This document shows, piece after piece, positions 39,213-49,780 of a DNA stretch of 64,000 bases (position 1 is the stretch's first letter; each line of letters opens with the position of its first letter). The notes beneath the pieces are model-generated. The model was given only the letters and a program-made list of their open reading frames with translations, had not been told where the DNA came from and ran no database searches. The position numbers and the translations under genes were made by a program. The stretch is from an uncultured Methanosarcinales archaeon (GTDB lineage Archaea > Nanobdellota > Nanobdellia > Woesearchaeales > SKGA01), in NCBI GenBank assembly GCA_964428395.1, contig CAYRYB010000005.1:6414-70413 (forward strand). The letters run 5' to 3'.

Positions 39213-40243
39213 CTGACGCACACTTTACACTCTCAAAATCAATTGTAATCGAACAATACAACAAAGTAGCACAAGTAGCTGATGTTGTAAGTTATAGTTC
39301 AAAAACAAATCCTTTGGTAACTCCTGTTTTAGAAGAGGCAACAACAAGTTTGTTTAGTGTGCATTTAGTTAATGAATTAAAACATGTTAAAGATATGAGC
39401 CGGGTTTTGTTTTTAGCACAAGGTTTGACAACAGAGATTCTTGATGACTTATTTAGTGAAGGAATAAGGAAATTTGTTATTGATAACGAACCCGACCTTG
39501 ATTTGCTTATTTCTTATTTAGAACGTAGCGAAGAGAAAATAGAATTATTTCTTCGAATGAAACTTCGAGAAAACACTATTAGAACAGAACGATACTTTGT
39601 TTTTGGTATTGCCCAAGATGTTGTTAATCAACGTGTACGAGAACTCTGGGGTCATAAGAACATCTCTTCACTTGGTATTCACTTTCACAGAAAAACACAA
39701 AATATGGCAGAATGGAATTACGAATATGAAATAAAACAAGTTATCGATGAAGATGTCTTAGAAATTATTGATTTTCTTAATATTGGTGGAGGACTTCCTA
39801 GTACGTACGCAAACACGAACAAAAACGTTATTGATAGTATTTTTACAACACTTGGCAAACTTAAAACATTTCTACATGAAAAAGAAATTAAACTTATTAT
39901 TGAACCAGGGCGATTTATTGCAGCTCCAGCAGGAAAACTTTATACAAAAATTGTAAATGTGTATGAAAACAACATTATTGTTAACGCGAGTGTCTATAAT
40001 GCAGATATGGATGCACTCATTGTACCTGTGAAACTCTTAATTGAAGGCGAACTTGATAAAAATGAAGGCGAACCTTATGTTGTTAAAGGAAAAACACCTT
40101 GTAGTTTAGATTTATTTCGTTATCGAGTATATCTTAAAAACCCAAAAGTTGGAAATGAACTTGTGTTTCTTAATGCAGGAGCATACAATTTTACAACAAA
40201 CTTTTGCGATTTAGAAGAAATAAAAACAAAGGTGATTTTATGA
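39209..40243 (+). CDS. PLP-dependent fold-III decarboxylase (ornithine/arginine decarboxylase family, short form)
   Basis: PLP-Lys region VVSYSSKTNP, Gly loop NIGGGLPSTY, KGKTPCSLDLF (compare GPTCDSLD) and C-terminal NAGAYNFT. The ATGA overlaps dys. Confidence 0.7.
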   Translation: MTDAHFTLSKSIVIEQYNKVAQVADVVSYSSKTNPLVTPVLEEATTSLFSVHLVNELKHVKDMSRVLFLAQGLTTEILDDLFSEGIRKFVIDNEPDLDLLISYLERSEEKIELFLRMKLRENTIRTERYFVFGIAQDVVNQRVRELWGHKNISSLGIHFHRKTQNMAEWNYEYEIKQVIDEDVLEIIDFLNIGGGLPSTYANTNKNVIDSIFTTLGKLKTFLHEKEIKLIIEPGRFIAAPAGKLYTKIVNVYENNIIVNASVYNADMDALIVPVKLLIEGELDKNEGEPYVVKGKTPCSLDLFRYRVYLKNPKVGNELVFLNAGAYNFTTNFCDLEEIKTKVIL

Positions 40244-41022
40244 AAATCATTAGTATTCCTTTTAGTGGTGGAGGTCTTGAACATGGCAGTGGAGCAAACG
40301 AAGCACCAGACGCCATTAAAAAACAACTAGAAGAGTGTTATGCTGATGAAGATGGCGTTGAGCCGATGTTTGAACACATTACTGTAATGGTTGATGAAGA
40401 ACATGTTGCAAATAGTCATGAAGCAATTGAAAAAGTGATTGCAAGCAGTACTGAAAAGTCAATTCTTTTAGGAGGAGATCATTCTATTACGTATTCAACA
40501 GTAAAAGGCTTTGCGCAACATACTTCTGATTTTTTGTTCGTGGTCTTTGATGCACACCCTGATTTAATGCAAGATTTTGTTCCACCAACACAAGAATCAT
40601 TTCTTCGAGCATTAATTGATGAAGGAATTGTAAAGCCAGAACATTGTATTCTCATAGGTGTTCGCAATTGGGACAAACAAGAAGTTGATTATCTTAAAGA
40701 AAAGAATATTCTCTGCTATACGACGCAAGATATCTTTGCCAAAGGCATTAAAACAATCATGAGAGAAATTGTTGCTGCACTTAATAAACCCGTTTATCTC
40801 TCGTTAGATATTGATGTTGTTGATCCAGTAGAAGCAATCGGAACAGGTTACTTAGAGCATGGAGGACTTTCCAGCAGAGAACTTCTTTACGCGTTACAAA
40901 CACTTAAGCACACAAAAAAACTTGCAATGGCAGACATTGTAGAAGTAAATCCAACAAAAGACATTAACAATATAACTTCGAAACTTGCAGCTAAATGCGT
41001 TGTAGAGCTCGCAAATTTTTAG
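40240..41022 (+). CDS. speB: agmatinase/arginase-family ureohydrolase
   Basis: Metal-binding motifs GGDHSITYSTV, FDAHPD and SLDIDVVDP. The start is set at MKIISIPFSGGG (ATGA overlap) rather than the track's 40204. Confidence 0.8.
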   Translation: MKIISIPFSGGGLEHGSGANEAPDAIKKQLEECYADEDGVEPMFEHITVMVDEEHVANSHEAIEKVIASSTEKSILLGGDHSITYSTVKGFAQHTSDFLFVVFDAHPDLMQDFVPPTQESFLRALIDEGIVKPEHCILIGVRNWDKQEVDYLKEKNILCYTTQDIFAKGIKTIMREIVAALNKPVYLSLDIDVVDPVEAIGTGYLEHGGLSSRELLYALQTLKHTKKLAMADIVEVNPTKDINNITSKLAAKCVVELANF

Positions 41023-41035
41023 TTGTTATGCATTT

Positions 41036-42847
41036 CTAATTGCTTTTTGTTACTTTATTTTTCTTCGTTGCTCTTTGATATTTTTCTAATAACTTTCTAA
41101 ATGTCAAAGAGTTCTTCTTTAGCTCATCATAAGAGCCACTTGCAATAATCCGTCCTTTTGAAAAGAAATAAATAGTATCAAATAAAGATAAGAGATGTAA
41201 TCGATGAATTGAAGAGATAATTGTCTTTTGTTTAAATGAAGAAAAAATATTCTTGTAAATTGCTAACTCGTTTTTTGCATCAACACTGCTTGTTGGTTCA
41301 TCAAGTAATATGATTTCTTTTCCTTGACTGGCAAACAAACCTCTAGAAAGTGCTAGACGTTGCTTTTCTCCACCACTTAGATTAACACCTTTTTCAACTA
41401 TGGACGAATTCCATTGATGAGGTAAGCGTTTTATAACATCAGTAAATCTTGCTAAATCAGTATATTTTTTTAAGCGTTTGCTGCTTGTTGAAATGCCCAC
41501 GCTAATATTGTCTTTAATAGTTGTTGTAAAGATTTCTGGATCTTGAGGAATGAGAGAAATAGAATTGCTTATCTTACTAAGTCCTTGAGAAACAAATTTT
41601 TTATCAATAAAAACTTTAACATTTTTTGGCGTATACAACTCTCTCATAATCTTTAACATAGTAGTTTTTCCGCTTCCACTTTCACCAATAAATGCAATTC
41701 GTTCTTTTCTATGAATCGTTATGTTTATTTTCTTAAGATGCATTTCTTTACCTTTACTGTTTTCATACTGAAAATCTAAGTCTTGTATGGTAATTGTTTT
41801 CCATTTACTTAGTTTTGTCCGTTTTACCTTTTTTTTATCAGTGAACATATCAGAAACAATTTCAGCGTTCGCAACGTTAGCACGCCATTTTACAATGTCT
41901 CCGTAACGATACGCAAAATGATAAAACAAACTGCCAATTTTGTTTGTGTAAGCAAACAAAGCAGAAACAGTTCCTACTAGAATAATAGTATTTCTGTGTG
42001 CTGCTTGAATAAAGAACACGCCCATAACAAGAATGTTCATAATAGCAACGCATAGTGATACAAAAAACCATTTGGTCTCCGTATATTTGTTTGTTCTTAC
42101 ATCATAATAATACGGTTCAATCATTTTTCGAAAAATGGATCCTGAAACGAGCCGCTGAATACGCAGAATAATGATGGTGGTGATATTACTTAATGTATCA
42201 AAAATTTTAGCAGCAATACCGTTATACATTTTATTAAGTTTCTTAATTCGCTTGATAATAATTCTATCAAATCTTATGATGATAATCAACGTGATAATTA
42301 TCATACCTAAAATAATGTAACTTGAACTAGGATTAAAGTAAATAAGTGCAATGTATGATGTTATGAATTTTACAATGAATTGAACAATTTCAAATGTATG
42401 AACGCCAAACTGACGTAAACCCTCGCTTGCTTTTTCTATTTTATCAATAGTATCTCCAGAATGATGATCTGCATGCCAGCTTGCTGGCAAATCCATCGTA
42501 CCATCAAGCAAATATTTTCTATAATTAACTTTTGCAATGAATGCGTTTGCAGTTTCCAAAATCCTAGCGGGACCATGAAATACCCAAAAAGCAACTTCAA
42601 TGGCAAGAAAAGAACAAAGCCACCACAACAAGGCGTGTAAACTTTCTTTTACGATTCCTTGTTCTTGGACAATATTTAAAATCTTTGCAACGATGAGTGG
42701 CTCAAGAAACATAAAAGCTTGTGCTATAGTGAATAATCCAATGTATATGATAAGATTTTTTCTATTGCCTTCTGAGAACTCCCACAATTTTTGAAACATG
42801 AAAGAAATAGGATTTCGTTTGCTTTTTTCCCTGTTCATCCCAATCAC
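41036..42847 (-). CDS. ABC exporter, fused permease-ATPase (MsbA/ABCB-like)
   Basis: Six N-terminal TM helices, Walker A GESGSGKTT, signature LSGGEKQRLALSRGL and Walker B ILLDEPTS. Confidence 0.85.
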   Translation of the reverse strand: MIGMNREKSKRNPISFMFQKLWEFSEGNRKNLIIYIGLFTIAQAFMFLEPLIVAKILNIVQEQGIVKESLHALLWWLCSFLAIEVAFWVFHGPARILETANAFIAKVNYRKYLLDGTMDLPASWHADHHSGDTIDKIEKASEGLRQFGVHTFEIVQFIVKFITSYIALIYFNPSSSYIILGMIIITLIIIIRFDRIIIKRIKKLNKMYNGIAAKIFDTLSNITTIIILRIQRLVSGSIFRKMIEPYYYDVRTNKYTETKWFFVSLCVAIMNILVMGVFFIQAAHRNTIILVGTVSALFAYTNKIGSLFYHFAYRYGDIVKWRANVANAEIVSDMFTDKKKVKRTKLSKWKTITIQDLDFQYENSKGKEMHLKKINITIHRKERIAFIGESGSGKTTMLKIMRELYTPKNVKVFIDKKFVSQGLSKISNSISLIPQDPEIFTTTIKDNISVGISTSSKRLKKYTDLARFTDVIKRLPHQWNSSIVEKGVNLSGGEKQRLALSRGLFASQGKEIILLDEPTSSVDAKNELAIYKNIFSSFKQKTIISSIHRLHLLSLFDTIYFFSKGRIIASGSYDELKKNSLTFRKLLEKYQRATKKNKVTKSN

Positions 42848-42949
42848 ATTTTAGTTGGGATAAAATCTAATTTATAAATGTTCGTTGTAGCGGAAAAGAA
42901 GCAATATCACGTAATATTTATAACTATAGAAAAATATCTTCGTGTCAGA

Positions 42950-44248
42950 ATGGAGCTTGCACATATAAAAACGCTTTCAAAGGTTCGTCTTACTACTACG
43001 ACACAAACATATGAAGGATTACTTATGCCCCGAGAAGGAGAATATGTTATTCTTAAACTTTCATCAGGATATAATATTGGCATTCATCAAGAAAAAATAG
43101 AAGATGTGCTTGTTTTAAATGAACCAGTGCAAAGACAAGAACAATCTTCTTATCATATTATTCAAGACAAATCACTTCCAATAGTAAAATTACTTCATAC
43201 GGGAGGTACCATTGCATCAAAAGTTGATTATAGAACAGGAGCGGTTGTTGCAGCATTTGATCCATCAGAAATTCTTTCTATGTTTCCCGAACTTTCAAAA
43301 ATTGCTTATTTGGAAAGTGAACTTTTGGAAAATATGCAAAGTGATGATTTTCGATTTAGTCATTTTAACAAAATAGCAGCTGCTATTTACAAAGCAGCAA
43401 AGAAAGGCATACAAAATTTTATCGTTACAAGTGGAACAGATTTTTTACATTACCTTTCAGCAGCATTGTCTTTTATTCTTAAAGATGTGTCTGTTGGAGT
43501 TTTAGTTGTTGGTAGTCAACGAAGTAGTGATAGAGGAAGCACTGATGCAGCGATGAATTTAATTTGCGCAGCACAATTTTTAGCAACAACGTCTTTTACA
43601 GGGGTTGCAGTATGTATGCACGCAACTCAAAGTGATGATATATGCAATATTATCGCAGGGACACGCGTTCGCAAGATGCATAGTTCTCGACGAGATGCTT
43701 TTAAGGCAATAAATGATGAACCTCTTGCAACGGTTGATTATCGGACAAAAAAAGTACTGCTTCATGAAGAATTGTTTCAAAGACACAAAACAAAAATACC
43801 ATCCACAATTCCTTTATTTAAAGAGAATATTAGAGTAGGACTTTTGTATTCGCGACCGCAATTATTTGAAGAAGAGTTAGCAATGTATGATTCTTATGAT
43901 GGTTTAGTACTTGCAGGTTCTGGTCTTGGTCACTTTCCTATAACAAAAGTTGATGAAAGTTGTAAAGAACACGAACAATTACGAAAAACTCTTGCGCTTT
44001 TAGCAAAAAAAATACCTGTAGTGATGAGTGTGCAAACCATTTATGGGCGAGTGCATATGAATGTGTATAGCCCAGGAAGAGTTTTGCAAGAATTAGGTGT
44101 AATAGGACAAGGTTTGACAATGACGCCAGAAACAAGCTATATAAAACTAGCGTGGCTTTTAAGCAATCACACACCAAAAGAAGCAAAAGCACTATTCATG
44201 AAAGATATTGTAGGCGAACTTTCCAACAACAGCTCAAACAAACAATAA
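42950..44248 (+). CDS. gatD: Glu-tRNA(Gln) amidotransferase subunit D
   Basis: Asparaginase-type motifs LHTGGTIAS and IVTSGTDFL. The start is taken at MELAHIK instead of the track's 42878, which leaves only 30 nt to the divergent ABC gene. Confidence 0.8.
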   Translation: MELAHIKTLSKVRLTTTTQTYEGLLMPREGEYVILKLSSGYNIGIHQEKIEDVLVLNEPVQRQEQSSYHIIQDKSLPIVKLLHTGGTIASKVDYRTGAVVAAFDPSEILSMFPELSKIAYLESELLENMQSDDFRFSHFNKIAAAIYKAAKKGIQNFIVTSGTDFLHYLSAALSFILKDVSVGVLVVGSQRSSDRGSTDAAMNLICAAQFLATTSFTGVAVCMHATQSDDICNIIAGTRVRKMHSSRRDAFKAINDEPLATVDYRTKKVLLHEELFQRHKTKIPSTIPLFKENIRVGLLYSRPQLFEEELAMYDSYDGLVLAGSGLGHFPITKVDESCKEHEQLRKTLALLAKKIPVVMSVQTIYGRVHMNVYSPGRVLQELGVIGQGLTMTPETSYIKLAWLLSNHTPKEAKALFMKDIVGELSNNSSNKQ

Positions 44249-44307
44249 AACGAACAACAAAACATAAAATAAATTAAATCAAAATAGTATTTCAAGCAGA
44301 ATGCGTT

Positions 44308-46158
44308 GTGAAACTGAAAACAATGAAACTAAAAACAACTATAACCGATGATGATTCTAACGTGTTAGGACTAAAGTGCGGTCTAGAAATACATCAACAA
44401 TTAGAAGGCAAAAAACTCTTTTGTAATTGTCCAACACATATTCGAGATGATGCACCTGACTATGAAATCATCCGCTTCTTGCGTGCAAGTGCTGGCGAAG
44501 GTGGCAAAGTAGATATCGCGGCGCTTGCAGAAACAAAAAAACAAAAATACTTTATTTACGAAGCATATAAAGATACAACTTGTTTAGTTGAACTTGATGA
44601 AGAACCTCCTGGACCGGTAAATGACGAAGCATTAACCTCCGCACTTCAAATAGCAAAATTATTTTCTATGAATATAGTAGATCAACTACGCTTCATGAGA
44701 AAAACAGTAGTAAATGGTTCAAATACTTCAGGGTTTCAACGAACAGGATTAGTTGCTCTTGGTGGAGAACTAACAACTGCAAAAGGCAAAAAAGTACGCC
44801 TTGAGTCTTTAGGTTTAGAAGAAGACTCTTGCAAGGATGTAAAAAAAAGCACAACATATACAAGATATAATCTTTCTCGATTAGGAATTCCTCTCTTAGA
44901 ATTAGCAACAGCACCAGATATTACGTTACCTAAAGAAGCAAAAGATGTTGCAGAACACATTGGCATGGTTATGCGAAGCTTGTCAAACGTAAAACGAGGC
45001 CTTGGAACTATTAGACAAGATGTAAACATTTCTATTGCAAAAGGAGTTCGTGTAGAAATAAAAGGTGCACAAGATTTGAAGATGATTCCAACAATTCTTG
45101 AGAACGAAATGATGCGACAACATAATCTTTTAGAAATTTTCTCAGAACTAAAGCAACGAAAAGCAACTGTTGGTGAAGAACTTGTTGATGTAACAAATCT
45201 CTTTAAAGAAAGCTCATCATCAGTAATTATGTCTGCGCTTGCTAAACAGGATGGGGTTGTCTTAGCGTTACCTCTTTATTACTTTGCAGGATTAACCAAA
45301 ATAGAAATTCAACCGAAAAGACGTTATGGTAGTGAACTTTCTGATTATGCAAAAGTTATGGGCGTTAAAGGATTATTTCATGCTGATGAATTGCCAAACT
45401 ATGGTATAACACAAAAAGAAAAAGATGCAGTTTTTTCACACTTGCAATTAGATACTCGCCAAGATAATTTTCTTCTTATAGCAGATAGCAAGCCCTTGGC
45501 AATACGAGCACTTCTTGCAGCGCAAGCTCGAGCAAAAGACTTTACTTTGCAACGAGAAGTTCGCAACGCTCAAGCAAATGGATCAAGTGTTTATTTGCGA
45601 CCAATGCCCGGTGCTGCTCGTATGTATCCTGAAACAGATGTGAAACCCATCCTATTGGATACTAACAACATTATTGTTCCGACACTTTTAAGCGTAAAAA
45701 TAAAAAATCTTGAAACCACTTTTGGTTTATCATCAGATATTGCAAAGCATCTACTAAAAGATAAAATAGATTTATTTTCTCTAACAAAAAAATATCCTCA
45801 TCTTAAACCATCATTTATTGTTGCAACCTATTATTCTTTGCCTGCTTTACTTAAAAAGAAACATGGTTTGATTATTGATATTGCTTCTTATGCTCCTTTG
45901 CTTTTTGAGAAACTTGATAAACAACAAATAACAAAAGATTCTTTTGAAGAAATAACACTCTTGCTTGCACAAAAAAAACCTGTAGATTATAAAAAATATA
46001 AACCACTTTCTTTAACTGTTCTGCAAGATGATATTAAAAAGATAATTGCTACGATGAAAGGTGCTCCCTTGGGCGCAGTAATGGGAAAAGTTATGGCAAA
46101 ATACAAAGGACAAGTAGATGGAAAAGAACTCTCTTTGCTTGTAAAAAAACTATTTTAA
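44308..46158 (+). CDS. gatE: Glu-tRNA(Gln) amidotransferase subunit E
   Basis: GatE N-terminus LGLKCGLEIHQQL. 616 aa. Confidence 0.9.
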   Translation: MKLKTMKLKTTITDDDSNVLGLKCGLEIHQQLEGKKLFCNCPTHIRDDAPDYEIIRFLRASAGEGGKVDIAALAETKKQKYFIYEAYKDTTCLVELDEEPPGPVNDEALTSALQIAKLFSMNIVDQLRFMRKTVVNGSNTSGFQRTGLVALGGELTTAKGKKVRLESLGLEEDSCKDVKKSTTYTRYNLSRLGIPLLELATAPDITLPKEAKDVAEHIGMVMRSLSNVKRGLGTIRQDVNISIAKGVRVEIKGAQDLKMIPTILENEMMRQHNLLEIFSELKQRKATVGEELVDVTNLFKESSSSVIMSALAKQDGVVLALPLYYFAGLTKIEIQPKRRYGSELSDYAKVMGVKGLFHADELPNYGITQKEKDAVFSHLQLDTRQDNFLLIADSKPLAIRALLAAQARAKDFTLQREVRNAQANGSSVYLRPMPGAARMYPETDVKPILLDTNNIIVPTLLSVKIKNLETTFGLSSDIAKHLLKDKIDLFSLTKKYPHLKPSFIVATYYSLPALLKKKHGLIIDIASYAPLLFEKLDKQQITKDSFEEITLLLAQKKPVDYKKYKPLSLTVLQDDIKKIIATMKGAPLGAVMGKVMAKYKGQVDGKELSLLVKKLF

Positions 46159-46184
46159 TATTCTTAGTTTTTCTTATATGCTTA

Positions 46185-47252
46185 CTATAGTTTTTTGCTT
46201 TGTAATTTTTCTACTTTTTCGTTAAGTAGTTTTATGTCTTCTCTTTCTAGACTTTTCTTATATGCTTTTTTTATGTCAAAACCAAAAAAGAGAAGAATAA
46301 TAATTGCAAAAACAGTCCATACAAGATCTCTTGTGCGAATAATCATAGAAAGTGCAACACCTGCGGCTGCTTTAAACTGCAATAGACCAAATGTTGAAAT
46401 TTGACCTGCTTCTAGAACACCTAATGCTAAAGGAACGGGAATAAGATATGCAAAACCAATAGTAGTTATAATAAGAAATAAACCAGCAAAACTAACCTTA
46501 TAAATGCCAAGAATCATAAGAGCTGTTTTGTATTCAACAAACATCAATAACCATGTTATTATGGTGATCAAAACTGCTTTGTTAAACGCGCTAGTGTGAT
46601 GCTTACGAAAGTCAATCATCCATGCGTCCATTTTAACAATATTTTTTTCCCAATGTTTTAATTTTTTAATTTTATGTAATCTAAAAAATTTAAATGCTTT
46701 TAAGATACTTTTTTTGTCGCTTAAAAGAATAAGATAAAACCATCCTAAAATTGCGATTGTTCCTATTCCTAAAAAAATCATAATAACCAATAATTTTTTG
46801 GGGAGCGCTAACGAAAGTATCGCAATAAAAATACCACTTACAAATAAAATTCCTGAAGTAGAAAGCTCAATAACTTTATCGATGATAACTGTTGAAAATC
46901 CCCTTGCAAAAGATGCACCTTCTCGTTGCAAAAGCACGGCGCGAAGTGGTTCACCACCAACCTTTGCAACAGGAGTAATAAAACTTATACCATAGCCAAC
47001 AATCTTATACAAAAATGTTTTCCAAAAAGAAATTTTTATATTGGTTGTTTTTATAATAATTTGCCATCGCCACGCTTGCAAAAGCATACTACAAATAGAT
47101 ACGATGATAAAACCCCATACGACTAGAGGAGTGCTGTTTTGGAGCGATTGAAAAACTTGTTGCAAAGGAATTTCTTGAAAAATTTTTCCGATGATAAGAA
47201 GACCAAGAATGCTGGTGAGAATGACAGTAAAAATAGTCCATTGTTTTTTCAT
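46185..47252 (-). CDS. UPF0104/LPG-synthase-TM-like (flippase-like) integral membrane protein
   Basis: Eight TM helices with the conserved WRWQII...PVAKVGGEPLRAVLL region typical of that family. Confidence 0.5.
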   Translation of the reverse strand: MKKQWTIFTVILTSILGLLIIGKIFQEIPLQQVFQSLQNSTPLVVWGFIIVSICSMLLQAWRWQIIIKTTNIKISFWKTFLYKIVGYGISFITPVAKVGGEPLRAVLLQREGASFARGFSTVIIDKVIELSTSGILFVSGIFIAILSLALPKKLLVIMIFLGIGTIAILGWFYLILLSDKKSILKAFKFFRLHKIKKLKHWEKNIVKMDAWMIDFRKHHTSAFNKAVLITIITWLLMFVEYKTALMILGIYKVSFAGLFLIITTIGFAYLIPVPLALGVLEAGQISTFGLLQFKAAAGVALSMIIRTRDLVWTVFAIIILLFFGFDIKKAYKKSLEREDIKLLNEKVEKLQSKKL

Positions 47253-47465
47253 GTTTCTTTTTTTTTAAAATTGCTTTTATTTAAATACTCTTATGTTTTT
47301 TGTTCTTTTTTTTCTAGTTTATTTTTCTTCGTTTTTTTACAGCAGTTCTTTTTATACTCTTTTTTTGACTTAAACCTGACACTTTTCAAGCTTTTTTCAA
47401 AATGCGAAGTGTTGTTTATGAATACTTTTGAAACGTTTAAGAGGATAAATCAGAAGATAATCTTA

Positions 47466-47590
47466 GCGGACCTGGAGGGATTTGAACCCTCAACCTACAG
47501 CTCACTACAACGCAAAATTGTCTATACATTGCATTATAACATTTTTTCGTTTTAGGAGGCTGTCGCCCTATCCAGATTAGGCTACAGGTC
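47466..47590 (-). tRNA. tRNA-Arg (anticodon CCT) with a 50-nt intron at canonical 37/38
   Basis: Acceptor GGACCUG/CAGGUCC is perfect. D-stem GCCU/GGGC, anticodon stem ACAGC/GCUGU, loop CU-CCU-A|A, T-stem GAGGG/CCCUC, T-loop UUCAAAU and discriminator G. The 5' exon is 47590-47552, the intron 47551-47502 and the 3' exon 47501-47466. Confidence 0.85.
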
Positions 47591-47794
47591 CGAAGCCTTT
47601 TTAAGAAGATTTTGCTTGCTAATAAATATACTTGTTTTTCATGCGTGTTTTTCTTTATTTACCCTTCTTGGCTCTTTTTTGTGAAATTTTACTATTTTTT
47701 AATCTTTTACTCTTATATTTTTTTGCTCTTTGCTTTTTTTCTTTGTATGTGCTTTGGGGTAGTATACAAATTATTTTGAATAACGTTTCGTAAT

Positions 47795-47816
47795 CGTTAG
47801 TTTTATAAATGATTTC
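47795..47816 (+). promoter_or_regulatory. TATA-containing promoter motif shared with 49781-49802
   Basis: cgttaGTtttataaatgatttc is 20/22 identical to cgttaAGtttataaatgatttc at 49781-49802. TTTATAAA is a canonical archaeal TATA box, and it lies about 40 nt upstream of the 47852 start. Confidence 0.5.
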
Positions 47817-47851
47817 TCTTGTAAAGAGATTAGATTCGAGTAGATTGAACA

Positions 47852-49699
47852 ATGGGAAAATCTTATATGAAAGGGGGAATAGTTCTTCTTATAGCTTTGC
47901 TTCTTACAGGCACGCTTCTTGCAGGAGCGCTAGCAGCAGAATCAAAATCCTTTACTGTGGTGAATTCGAAGGATTGGCATGACTTATACTTAGGAACCAT
48001 TTATGCTTCAGCAACAAATTCAGAATTTGTTTTTTTCACTAATCTTGCAGACACTCAATTAAAAACCAAGATGATGGCTCCTACCGACAAAATTACTGTC
48101 TTTGAATCAAAAAACAATCCTGTAGTAAAGAATTATCCTTCGCTTTTAAAGGTAAATGCTTACAAAAATGTTGATACAACCTTTTATGATTCTTTTTATG
48201 ATCTCCAAAAAATATTTGTAAATAATCTAAGAAAACACATAAAAGGATTTTTCGTATTTGATGCTTCATTTGGCATGAATCCTGTTGCAGCAGCGCCTTA
48301 TTTGGTAAAAAATTCTTATTTTCCTCTTTTTTTAGATGAACAAAGCTTTTCTTTTGTTCAATCAACAATAAAAGGAAAAAATACCTATATTGCAGGTCAT
48401 ATTCCTGTGCGTCAATTAGAGCACTTACAAGGAACTATCTTTTCAGGTTTTTCTTATGAAACATTAGATCAAGTAACCAAACTTGTCATTAATGATTTTC
48501 CCAATGCAAGCTGGGGTGTTCTAATCAAGATAGATATTGTTGATTTAGCGGCAATAAAACAAAAACTACCTGTCTTTGTTTTTTACGGCGATGCATATCT
48601 TGATACATTAGCAGATCTTTTAAAACAAACAAACATTACAGATTTTGAAGTGATAGGCGGTCCAACAGCCGATGTTGCACGAGCTCTTGAAATTCGTTCA
48701 CAACGAAATCTCAATTTCATGCTTAAATATGGTCGACGAGTGACAAATTATCCTGGATTTACACAAAACGTTTTAGAATTAGATTCTGCACCATTTCCGT
48801 ACCCGATAGAATCTTTAATAATAACAAATGCAATATACTACCCTAATATGGGTGTTTTAGCAATAACCTTTGATAACAAAGGAAATGTTCCCCTTCTTCA
48901 ATTTTCTAATCTTGAATTCGCAGGATCTGCACTTTCAGATACGGCAACACATTTTATTTTGCAGGGAGAACAAAAGACAATTCCTTTTCAAGTTTTACCA
49001 TCAACTGCAACAAATGATTTAACGGTAACCACGAGATATGGCGAATCTATTCCTTTGCAATTCGAAATAGGATCTAAAGAAGATTCATTATTTTACCAAA
49101 AGAATGTGACTTTAATTAACAATTATCAAGATGATGCAGTCATACAATATGTTTCTTCAGTTTTTGATACTACCAAAGGTCAATTGGAATTAACGTACAA
49201 AAATCCAACAAGTAAACCTATTCATATCTATGCTGAACTTTTCATTGATGACGCACAAGTTCTTTCATCGCCAGTAATAGCTATTCCTGCAGGTCAAAAA
49301 GATGTGGTGATTATCAAAACACCGTTCATACCTGATGCTGACTTGCTAAAAAAATCAGTTCAAATTACTACGTATTATGGTCATAAAGATACGTTGCTTT
49401 CACAAACAAATACTATTGTAATTAAGGAAAAAGGTCCACTAGGAGCTTTAACAGGATGGGTAACGCTTGATTACTCTGATACGCCTGCTAAAGCAGGAAT
49501 AACGACCATTGTCATTCTCTTTATCATTGCATTATTACTTTTCTTCATCTTTAGAAGAAAAAAGAATAAAAATAATAAAAAAAGAGTGTTTGTCAATGAG
49601 AAAAGAAGACGCTCATCAAAGAAAAAACCTTCTTTTTCAAAGAAAGCAACAGCAAAAAAATCTGTAAAGAAATCTTCTCGACGAAAACCATCCCGATAA
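47852..49699 (+). CDS. secreted type-I membrane-anchored surface protein with a K/R/S-rich cytoplasmic tail
   Basis: Signal peptide (IVLLIALLLTGTLLAGALAAES), a ~540-aa ectodomain, a TM helix ITTIVILFIIALLLFFIF, and a RRKKNKNNKKR...KKSSRRKPSR tail. Confidence 0.7.
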   Translation: MGKSYMKGGIVLLIALLLTGTLLAGALAAESKSFTVVNSKDWHDLYLGTIYASATNSEFVFFTNLADTQLKTKMMAPTDKITVFESKNNPVVKNYPSLLKVNAYKNVDTTFYDSFYDLQKIFVNNLRKHIKGFFVFDASFGMNPVAAAPYLVKNSYFPLFLDEQSFSFVQSTIKGKNTYIAGHIPVRQLEHLQGTIFSGFSYETLDQVTKLVINDFPNASWGVLIKIDIVDLAAIKQKLPVFVFYGDAYLDTLADLLKQTNITDFEVIGGPTADVARALEIRSQRNLNFMLKYGRRVTNYPGFTQNVLELDSAPFPYPIESLIITNAIYYPNMGVLAITFDNKGNVPLLQFSNLEFAGSALSDTATHFILQGEQKTIPFQVLPSTATNDLTVTTRYGESIPLQFEIGSKEDSLFYQKNVTLINNYQDDAVIQYVSSVFDTTKGQLELTYKNPTSKPIHIYAELFIDDAQVLSSPVIAIPAGQKDVVIIKTPFIPDADLLKKSVQITTYYGHKDTLLSQTNTIVIKEKGPLGALTGWVTLDYSDTPAKAGITTIVILFIIALLLFFIFRRKKNKNNKKRVFVNEKRRRSSKKKPSFSKKATAKKSVKKSSRRKPSR

Positions 49700-49780
49700 G
49701 TTACTTCTTTATCTGTTTTTTTTGTACTCATTGCTTGATGATAACAGTAACGTACATTGTTTGAACGACAACAATACTAA

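Noticed and set aside
47139-47555. A 138-aa ORF spanning the tRNA-Arg gene
   Set aside because: It overlaps a well-folded tRNA and its low-complexity Phe/Leu-rich translation is not protein-like. It is spurious.
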